28,638 nt of DNA from Macrostomum lignano (lineage: Eukaryota): the NCBI GenBank assembly GCA_002269645.1, contig NIVC01005009.1:1-28638 (forward strand). Reading direction: 5' to 3'. Shown here one piece after another: positions 10,661 through 19,528 of this stretch. The stretch's first letter is position 1. Every line of letters starts with the position of its first letter. The notes beneath the pieces were generated by a model. That model was not told where the DNA came from, made no database searches, and worked only from the letters and a program-made list of their open reading frames with translations. The position numbers and the translations under genes were made by a program.

Positions 10661-12401
10661 ATGGAACCCGGCTGGCGGCACAGCATCTTCGGCTGCTTCG
10701 ACGACTGCGGTGGGTTGAATTTAAAATCTTACATCCTTGATTCTAGAACTATTTACATCTTACAGACCCATGTAGGAGATGTTCATTGGCGAGAAAGGAA
10801 GTCTTCTGTCTGCTTATCATTAAGAACTGAAGCGGGCAGCAGCTATTGCAAACAAATTAATGTTGTTTGCTTGCGCGAGGCTCCATCACCTTGAAGGAGC
10901 CGAAGTATGACGGTTGCAACGCCGGACCAAAGCCAAACGGTGTCCAGGGCGGCAGGCCGGGCGGCGGAGCGGCGGCCATGCCGGGATGTCGGTGGCGGGC
11001 GGAAAGCGTGCACGGCCTGGCGGAGGTGCGTGCGGAACGCGTCGTGGCCCTCGGGTGGGCCGGCTTGCATGCAGACATTCGCCGAACATCAGCTCGGTCG
11101 ATGACCCAGGTCCTCCTTGGGAGCGGTGCGGATGTCCAACAGCACCCATGGCAGCCCGGTGATCCAAGACAGCCTCGTAAGCCGCGTCTGCAAGGAAGCC
11201 TTGAGCTTCACAAGCCCGTTGGCCTGGAGGTGGATGCCTGCCGTCTCGTGCAGCTTTGCATGCCCAGCAGGCGGGGAGACGCTTGCCCACAGCTCCAAAG
11301 TGAACTGCGGGCCGAACGGTTGGAATTGAGGTCGCCAGGCACGCAGAAATGGGCGATCCAGTGCGAATGAACGAACGCCACGTCGCAGATGGCGTGCTGC
11401 TGGACCTTGGCCATCTGGCAGGCGATGCAGCTGCGAACCCACTGGCGAACGTCGCGGTTGAGGCCGGGTCAGACGAAACGGTCTGCAATGCGGTAAAGGA
11501 AAGTAACGAAAGTGGCGGACCGCTAGGCACAGTGCCAGAAGCTTCACGGTCGAAGGCGCTATACTTTAACTTGGGCAGACAGCAACTGCCGGCTGAAGAA
11601 TACGAGCGGCTGTCAGGCGGGACAGGCCCTCTGCTGGAGGACGGCGCTCACGACGATGTCGGGGCGTCCATCCCTAATCTACGGGGTTGGCGGCAGGCAG
11701 ACGTAGCGTGAAGGGCTAGCGGGCGCGAGGGCTTCTACGCAGCCGCTCCCAGTTGCACTAGTTTGCACTTGTCCGCGCCACAGAACGGTACTTTTACCAT
11801 AGACCAACTCGATCGGGAAAACTCTGTCTAGGAAAATGCACCAGGGACAACTGAGCTCTCGCCGGTAACTTTTCTGGTTTGCCTGCTGTGTCTCCGTTGT
11901 CATTTATAGAAAAGTGTTTTGATGAATTTTTTAAATTAACCTTGAAGAAAATGCCAGACATTGGCAATTCAAAAGTTCTAAAGGTGAGATATTGTAATTT
12001 TTACTGAAAGACGCACAAAGATGCCTTCATCGGCTTTAGAAATCGTTACAGACTACTTGATTAGTAGTGGCGACCGAACGTTTCTGTTATTAATCACCCG
12101 TTTGCACACCTCGCCTTTGACAGGCATCTGCCTTCTGTCCTTCTTCTGTCCCTGCTACGTGTTCGCCAAGAACTCGCAGGCGGTGGGCGAGAACTGCGTG
12201 CTGTGCTGCCTGTGCAGCCTCTGCATCCCCTGCATCGTGGGCACCTACGTGCGCAGCCGCATCCGGGAGGTGCAAGGCATCGACGGGTCAATCGTTAATG
12301 ACTTCTGCTGCTGGTTCTTCTGCAGCTTCTGCGCTCTGGTGCAGGAGGCTCAGGAGGTCAAGCAGCTCACGGTCGGAGGCAGCGGCATTGAGAGGGAGTG
12401 A
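10661..12401 (+). CDS. PLAC8/cornifelin-family cysteine-rich protein, 108 aa; exons 10661-10709 and 12124-12401
   Basis: MEPGWRHSIFGCFDDC-G|ICLLSFFCPCYVFAKNSQAVGENC...RSRIREVQGIDGSIVNDFCCWFFCSFCALVQEAQEV...IERE*. The family hallmarks WxxxLFGCFDD, FCPC, R..IR....I.GS..ND and C..CALVQE are present. Phase-1 GT..AG intron. Confidence 0.93.
10860..11780 (-). mobile_element. Degenerate, internally deleted Ty3/Gypsy LTR-retrotransposon pol fragment (RNase H and integrase remnants), antisense within the PLAC8 intron
   Basis: Minus-strand translation across frameshifts and stops gives an RNase H-like segment (DA/DIVVSAVLQQR...A*QPLVFFSRQLLSAQVK/YSAFDRE/LLALCLAVRHFRYF), an integrase Zn-binding segment (RFV*PGLNRDVRQWVRSCIACQMAKVQQH), integrase core (HWIAHFCVPGDLNSNR/GPQFTLELWAS...QANGLV.LKASLQTRL...WITGLPWVLLDIRTAPKEDLG/STELMFG) and a C-terminal GPY/F-like motif (PALQPSYFGSFKV). 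No LTRs were recognised. Confidence 0.9.
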
Positions 12402-13184
12402 CGCACCCGCGAGCTGAAGCCTCGAGTTGCTCAAAACCTTGCTCACTTTCGATATGAAAAAGCTATTTATGTAAACTGGCACTAAGCTATTAGGATCAGT
12501 ATGAAAATGGGTATTCAGAGGGTTGTTCATCCTATTAATTAATTCATAAAAATATACAGTAAATGTTACACATATACGAGGTTATACTCTGATATTCACA
12601 CTAACCCCGCTCTGCTAAAACGGTTGCGTTCGAACATTTTTGCGTTGCGTTGCAACTGCCAGAATTACCAATGCTATGCTAGCCGTTGAAGCATGGCGGA
12701 TGCTATGGGATGGATGGGTGGCAGTGACAGGCGGAAGTAGTGGAGATAGGGAAAAAGCTATAGAGAACTAATACGGAATATTAGAGCAAATTCACTCGCA
12801 GCAAGAATGTGGCAAAACTCAGAATGCAGAATAATTTTTCTGAGAAAGAAACGCTTCCAAAATAAGGGATGCAACTACCAGCACAGCTTCGTAAACAAAC
12901 CCTCACCTGAGTGAGAACGATACCGAGGTTGCCGAAACAGCATGCTTGCTGAAGAGAAGCCAGAGACAGGCAGCAACTGCTGTCGGTAGGAAAGACGCAG
13001 CCATTCTGAAGAGGAATCCCAAATACCCAATTAGAACAAGGGAGCGGAGCAGAGAGAAGGCAACCATCTGCAAAGGGTTGAGAGTGGCAAATAACTAGCA
13101 GACTATTTCTTCAGCTGAGAGACAGGCTAAAAGGAGACGGCTCTGCTGCATTCAAAGCTAGCTGAAGCACTGAGACCGAACGAG

Positions 13185-14501
13185 TACAGTCAGAAAATAT
13201 GCCGCAGCTGCTGCACCTTCTGCCGCTGTACATCTCGCTGCTGTCACTGCCGACTGTCCGTCACTGCAGCGCACAGACGTGCCGCAGCCGCTACTCTCCA
13301 ATCAACGGCTCCCTGTGCATCCGGCCTGAGTTCACTCGCACCATCCCCGAGGTGAGCTCCGAGCAGCCCTGCGCTTTCCTGTGCAGCCAGGAGCCCAGCT
13401 GCCAGGCCTTCACCACCGCTGCCGGACCCTGCCAGCTGTTCGTGTTCGACAGGTGCAGCAAGTCGGTGAGGAACTGCAGCAGCTGCTCCCTCAGAGGTCG
13501 CCTGCTCGTCAAGCTGCAGTCGGGTCTCCCGCCCGGCTCGCTGTGTCCGGCTGACTTCGGCGACGACCGGTGCGGAGTGAAGTACAGACTGTACTCTGAG
13601 TTGGGTTACTGGGCAGCTCAGAAGCAACGGTGCGAGTTCGGTGGCGGCCTGGCAATGATGGCGGATGCGGTGGACTTAGCCGAGATGGGCTACATCAACC
13701 AGCTGTACACCAAGTACAGTCTGAACCTCAATCTGTTCCTGGACGGCTACCAGCCAGCAGGCAGTGCGGAGCCGCGAGGAGGCTGGGTGTGGAGCACCTG
13801 CGGCATCACCGTGAATGAGAGTCTGTGGTACGGCCATGAGCCCGACAACAACGGCGGTAACGAAGAAGCCCTCGCCAGAGGGTCGTCTACGGGCCGGCTT
13901 CACGACGTGCGACAGAACACGGACAGGGGCGTCGTGTGCGAGTGCGTGTCGCCCTTTGACTAGACATTGATATCGCCGTTTTGGCATTCGATAGATTTCT
14001 TGACCGCTTGTTCTTCAGAGTCCCAAAGCTTTGTCTTAAGGCTTTAAATCAGATAGTTTTTGGCGGCGTCGCACTTACAATAACTGCATCTGCCAGGGGA
14101 AAAAGACTTTGGATTTGATGCTTTGATTCACACCGCCGTCAAATGCATGTAATTTTTGAGGAATCGCACGATTTGTGTATTATTTTCGTTGCTTTGTACA
14201 TCAGTCATGTGATATAATCGCTCGTGAAGAGGCTTTGATTGTTATTTGAGATCGAATATGGACTCCGGAAGTCTTACACATTCGCTTGTTCTTGTGCGCG
14301 CTATAAACTGCCAGCATTCCGCATGTAAGACTCGTACGTCTTTAGTGCTTGCAAATATCGCTCTGACACTCGACTTGGCCACTCCAATTACGCAACACCG
14401 AACTGCATGTTGACTGATTCAATCAATTGAATATATGGGCTCTCTACGCTACGATACAGAATTAGCTGTTGCATCATACCGATACTGCTTAGTTCACTGG
14501 C
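13185..14501 (+). repeat. Left arm of a 1.3-kb inverted segmental duplication (partner 19529-20840)
   Basis: Manual alignment to the reverse complement of 19529-20840, from TACAGTC just upstream of the ATG to ...GTTCACTGGC about 540 nt past the stop. Confidence 0.92.
13199..13963 (+). CDS. Secreted PAN/apple-like plus C-type lectin domain protein, 254 aa, intronless (copy A)
   Basis: Uninterrupted GC-rich ORF with a hydrophobic signal-like N-terminus and a PAN-like segment CAFLCSQEPSCQAFT. CTLD motifs: WAAQKQRC...GLA, LFLDG, WVWS..G, W...EPDN, LHD, VVCE. The frame is conserved in a second copy. Confidence 0.9.
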   Translation: MPQLLHLLPLYISLLSLPTVRHCSAQTCRSRYSPINGSLCIRPEFTRTIPEVSSEQPCAFLCSQEPSCQAFTTAAGPCQLFVFDRCSKSVRNCSSCSLRGRLLVKLQSGLPPGSLCPADFGDDRCGVKYRLYSELGYWAAQKQRCEFGGGLAMMADAVDLAEMGYINQLYTKYSLNLNLFLDGYQPAGSAEPRGGWVWSTCGITVNESLWYGHEPDNNGGNEEALARGSSTGRLHDVRQNTDRGVVCECVSPFD

Positions 14502-14989
14502 TGTCTTTGGACTGTAAAATTTCTGGGTAAAATAGACTTTAATCCCGAAGAATAGATGGTTATAATCCATAATTCCACTGTTGCTATCCTAGAAATTCTT
14601 AAATAACTCATCTGTAGACTGCAACATGAGTTGTGTGTATATAATATCAAAGAGATGCACGCCTATATTTTACAATTTTACAAACTGTCAAATTCACTTT
14701 GAAGTGATAACGAAAATGTGTGAAGTAAAATAAATGGATTCGGGATTCTATCCTATTTTTTTATCCCAATGCAAATATCGCCAGACATAACTTTTCATAG
14801 CTCTGACTTACTGGTTCTGTAATTATTGATTCACGTCCCGTCAGCTTACAGGCACAAGTGACACTTACAACTCAAGCGGAGCAAACAGACTTAGACAGAA
14901 TACTCTGTGATGGGCTGAGATGAAATATCTCATTCGCAAACATTAAATTCTCTTTGAACTCTTCTTTATTGTACATGTGAAATATGTAT

Positions 14990-15540
14990 CAGGGGCGTCG
15001 CCATGGATTTTATGGTGGGGGACAAAGCCAACAATTCTACATGTACATTATTTTCTGAATCGATGTTGTCAGCGCTCATTTGGCGCCGCAGGCACTCATT
15101 TTTTGGCGCTGCAGGCACTCATTTTAGCGCCGCAGGCACTCATTTTGGCGCTGCTGACACTCATTTTGGCGCTGCAGGCACTCATTTTGGCGCCGCAGGC
15201 ACTCATTTTGGCGCTGCAGGCACTCATTTTGGCGCTGCAGGCACTCATTTTGGCGCCGCAGGCACTCATTTTGGCGCTGCAGGCACTCATTTTGGCGCTG
15301 CAGGCACTCATTTTGGCGCTGCAGGCACTCATTTTAGCGCTGCAGGCACTCATTTTAGCGCTGCAGGCACTATATTTTGTCACCCTGAAGCAAAATTATT
15401 GATTTTCGTAACGGATCATGAGGTTGAGTGGGGGGGGGGGACAAAGCATTGGCATGTCCCCCCCCATAACTTTTACTCGGGGGGGGGGGGAGACATGTCC
15501 CCCTGTCCCCCTGCCCCCCCCCCCGGTGGCGACGCCCCTG
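14990..15540 (+). mobile_element. hAT-like MITE, copy 2 (551 bp), with an expanded internal 21-bp minisatellite
   Basis: Perfect 14-bp TIRs CAGGGGCGTCGCCA / TGGCGACGCCCCTG. Homologous to 5199-5501. Flanking 8-mers ATATGTAT / ATACATAT match 6/8 as a direct repeat. Confidence 0.87.
15075..15372. repeat. 21-bp minisatellite GGCACTCATTTT[G/A]GCGC[T/C]GCA, about 14 copies, inside MITE copy 2
   Basis: Units at 15091 and then every 21 nt from 15114 to 15366. Confidence 0.95.
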
Positions 15541-15967
15541 ATACATATGTTAAGATTACTTTCATTGCGTACATACTGGATTTGACTGAATTCGTAAGTT
15601 GGGGTTGGTCGGCCAGAGATTATTGCAGCGCGGGCACACTTGCAAGCGCGCGGATGCGTACGCAGTCATACGCACTGGCACACACTCACACAGGAGTGTA
15701 CAGCGGCCCTAACTTTATTATCGTGGCTAGTCATGTACACCTCACTGTGCCTTGGGGGGTTGGCCCTCAATGGCGTTAATTGCACAAGCAGAGCCAAGCT
15801 GAGATTCCAATTTAGCCCCAAATGAATGTGACTGCACTTGGAATTGAGCCTGGGCAGATTCTGCGGTATGACTGAGCTAAATAATAAACAGCTGACGACC
15901 AGATGTGGTTTTAAACAGATTTCGCAAAGATTATTGCAGAGCTTGAAATAATTTTTTTCATCCTAAC

Positions 15968-16247
15968 ATAATTGATAATTGGTTACGCCTGCCCCAGTTG
16001 CACCAGATGTGCAACCGACAGCTCAGCCGCAGCTATTGCGCGGCGCATCTGAAGGCTGCGTACGGGGGTCGCCACACACAGCCTCAATTACCCCAGCTAT
16101 TGCTGGCACCCATTTTACAGCTGGGTGAACTGAAGCAATGCAGATTTGTGTCTTGCTCAAGGACACAAATTGTCTCAGTGGAATCGGGAATCGAACCCCC
16201 GACCTTCAAGTCGTGAGTCCGACGCTCTGACCACTAGGCACTAGGCA
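15968..16247 (-). mobile_element. tRNA-derived SINE with a CORE-like central domain, copy 1
   Basis: The minus strand reads AGTGGTCAGAGCGTCGGACTCACGACTTGAAGGTCGGGGGTTCGATTCC (A and B boxes; B box at 16187-16197), then GTGTCCTTGAGCAAGACAC...CAGTTCACCCAGCTGTAAAATGGG, which resembles the MIR/CORE motif GTGACCTTGGGCAAG...CTGTAAAATGGG. A second copy is at about 26565-26810. Confidence 0.85.
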
Positions 16248-17328
16248 TATCAAATGATTGAGAAGTACATTAAAAGTAACAGTCTAATTTGGTGAGATTC
16301 GGTAAAAGTACATTGAGAGTATAGGCATGAGACTTCTGGGAGAGTGAGGTGAGATCTCATAGCCCCCAGCCGATCAGGGACCATTCGCGTACCTCATCTA
16401 CAAAAAGTAATATCAGATTGGCATGAGGCAGGGCAGGGCGCGTCTGACTCTTGCGCCATGACCCCTAGTTCGTTGTGCAATTCATAAATTATGAGGGCCA
16501 CTCCCGGGGCACATAGACTGTACACGCCTGACGATTAGAAAGTCAGGGCCTCTGTACACCCGGTGTGAGCGTGTGTGTGAGTGCGGGCCTGCGTACAGTA
16601 TTAGCGCTTGTGTGCTCAGCTAAATATTATATGATACTGGCTAAACTCAGCTGAGACAAATCCGTCTTAGTTAAGAAACACAAGCAGAGCTTTTTCTAAT
16701 TTAGTTGCTAATCTACAAAAACCTTTTAGTATTAGTGTAGTGCATTTTGTATCCTGCACGGTTTAGGCGCCCGAGAGCCTCATCAATTTTTCATTTTTAA
16801 TTGCTCCCAATTGCCTTGGGCTCTGGTTTAGGAGACGAGGGATATGGCCCTGGGTGAGTGCCACTTCTCCCCGGCTGCCCGCCATCTCTTGCTAACAGCA
16901 CCTTCCATCCTCACAGATCTTCTTCTGCTGATGTATCCGTACTCTACGGTAGATGCAGCATCACACCCCTTCATCTGAATCCCTCCATGTAAATCCCTTC
17001 ATCTCCAATGCTATTGCCTGTCACTGCGCATTATTGTACTTTCTCTCTCCCTCCCTTCTCTTCCCTGCGGCGCCTGTCTCTTGGCTCGCCATCGTCCCCT
17101 TTTGCCTCTGTTACTATGCATATTGATGTCATCAACCTTACTGGAATTACAAATTCAATGTATCGACTTCCCTTTTACCAGCGCCCCGCCTCAATATGTA
17201 CGCCATATCCGTTCACGCGCCTCACTCTGTACTTATAATTACCGCGTATGTCTACTCTTTAGATAAACTCTCTTTTTTTTATCTGTTCTTTAGCCCCTTT
17301 AGTCCTTTAGTAACTTTAGTCCTTTCTA

Positions 17329-18236
17329 CACCTTTTTCCATTCTATTTTGGCAAACGTGCAATCAAAGTCGAAATCTTTTCATTCAATTCAGACAGTTTA
17401 TGGTAGTTCTTGGCCGGACGTGCATTCAATTCCGACAAATGTACTTTCAAAAGCGACAATTTTCAATCAAAGCAAACAAGCTACCACGAGAAACCGACAC
17501 TTTGCAATCAATTCAAACAATTTGCAATCAATTCTGACAGTTGGCTATGAATTGGCTTTTTCTGTCCTCCTATCTATGGCTCATACTGCGAAATTTCCAA
17601 TCAATTCCGACAAATTTCAATCTATTTAGACAAGCCATTGGAGTACATACTACATGTACTGTACATTTACAGAGTTCATGAGGTTCATAAAGATTCAGCA
17701 GTCAGATTTTAGCCATCAATCGGCACTTCCGCAAAGCAGCGCGGTACATAAGTCAGACAATGGTTGTACCAAGCCGTGCAGTTGGCTCCGGTGACGACGT
17801 TTACAGTACTATTCGTTACTCACTCAAGCATATCACGCCGATATGCTGCTTTGGTGCAAGGTTAAATCTATGGGTGTTCCGAATCTCCAAGTTTCTCTCC
17901 ATGATGTGTCTATGGCATTTAGCCCTGGCCCCACCCAAAGTAAAAAGTAGCTTGTCTAAATAGATTGAAATTTGTCGGAATTGATTGGACATTTCGCAGT
18001 ATGAGCCATAGATAGGAGGACAGAAAAAGCCAATTTATAGCCAACTGTCAGAATTGATTGCAAAGTGTCGGTTTCTTGTGGTAGCTTGTTTGCTTTGTTT
18101 GAAAATTGTCGCTTTTGAAAGTACATTTGTCGGAATTGAATGCACGTCCGGCCAAGAACTACCATAAACTGTCTGAATTGAATGAAAAGATTTCGACTTT
18201 GATTGCACGTTTGCCAAAATAGAATGGAAAAAGGTG
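17329..18236. mobile_element. Foldback-type non-autonomous DNA transposon: 307/287-bp inverted arms (17329-17635, 17950-18236) around a 314-bp spacer
   Basis: The arms are near-identical reverse complements, with one 20-bp tandem duplication in the left arm. Termini are CACC...GGTG flanked by TA on both sides (17327-17328, 18237-18238). The arms contain recurring CAATCAATTC / CAATTCCGACAAAT subrepeats. Superfamily is uncertain (CMC/EnSpm-like or Tc1/mariner-like). Confidence 0.82.
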
Positions 18237-19528
18237 TAGCTTCCCCTCGAACTCTGTTAGCCATGCACTCTCACGTCTATACTCATTATAGAATATTTAA
18301 TTTTATTTAAGAATTCAAGTATTCATTTTAAGACACTGCCAATGATATTCAACCAATGCTTCTACTTTTGTCTATGGTCAAAACACCTTCTATGGCCTGT
18401 CTGTAGCCCAGGCGCTGACAGAGCATTTGAGTCTAAGACACAGAGCCAGTTAAATTCAGACAAGTCATGCAAATGCCGTGCAAATCGAGCTTGAGAGTTT
18501 ACCAGACAGTGGATGTCATCGCGGTTGCCAAGAGTTTACTGCTTTCTGCCCGCTGCTTGGCCGGTGAAAACATCTGATTGAGCACAAACATGTGGTCTGA
18601 CACTTAAATCGCAGTTGCAGTTTTGACTTGTTCGCCATGTGCATCACAAAATGTTAATTCACTTCATCATTTGTTCGCTTTCTACGTTACAAAAGATACA
18701 ATTTTCTATTTAACGGTTCCGAGTTTAAATTCTGAACTCAAGAGGTCGATGCCTGAAATTATATAACAGTCACGCATGATTGCCCTCCCCTGATCCCTTG
18801 CGCAACCCGCCCATTGTTCGCATCAGAATGCACCCATGCGTATAATGACGTCACACTCTCTTCTACTTCGTCATTTTTGCACGCTCTCTCCTTGGAAAAG
18901 GAGTGGGAACTCATAATATAAAGTTAGGGCCGCTGTACACTCCTGTGTGAGTGTGTGCCTGCGTATGCCTGCTCAGGGGAGTCGGCGGAATGGGCAGTAA
19001 TGCCTCTCGCCGGTTGTGTGCCTATGTCGCTTAAAGTGCGCCAGGGTGCACACAACCCCCCTGCCTCTAAAAAAATACCCATGATGTCAAGTCTACTCTG
19101 GAAATCGATCCAGACCAACTAGATTTCATGCTCAGCAACGGTAGATCGGCTGATTTTACGAGCCTACATATATAGCTGCAGTTAGGCTAAAAACAAACCA
19201 GTCTGAAACAGCCTTCACGATGAAACGATCTATCGAATCCTTTGTTTAAATGGCATTACAATGCTCGTGCATTAGCACAGATAGATTAGCTAGTAACCTG
19301 CAGGCAACCGATAGTCTCTAGAACGGGGTACCGGTCTATGCGATATGAAGCTTCCGCAGACAGAAATTGCATCTGATCAATTCGCTACACGTTAATGCAG
19401 GCCTTCCTTCAATTGTGAATTTCTGGCTACATTTTCCACAGAAATAGAAAAGTCACATTGCTGCTCCCGCATTCTCAATATTTGCTGTCGCCATGTGGAT
19501 TCGACTTTGTCGCTGAATTTTTTGCTAG

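Noticed and set aside
10867-11711. Plus-strand GC-rich ORFs of 120-167 aa in the PLAC8 intron as a nested gene
   Set aside because: They are antisense shadows of the degenerate Gypsy pol sequence.
11780-11903. YGKST in ORF 11679-11903 as a Walker A motif
   Set aside because: It lacks the first Gly of GxxxxGK[ST], the ORF is short, and it sits next to a decayed retroelement.
16180-16247. Possible tRNA gene
   Set aside because: A and B boxes are present, but there is no complete acceptor stem and the sequence continues into a SINE body shared with 26565-26810.
19297-19353. Cluster of CCTGCAGG, TCTAGA, GGTACC, ACCGGT and AAGCTT sites resembling a cloning polylinker
   Set aside because: Spacing and intervening bases do not match the pUC MCS (no SalI or BamHI), and there is no flanking vector sequence. 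Treated as coincidence.
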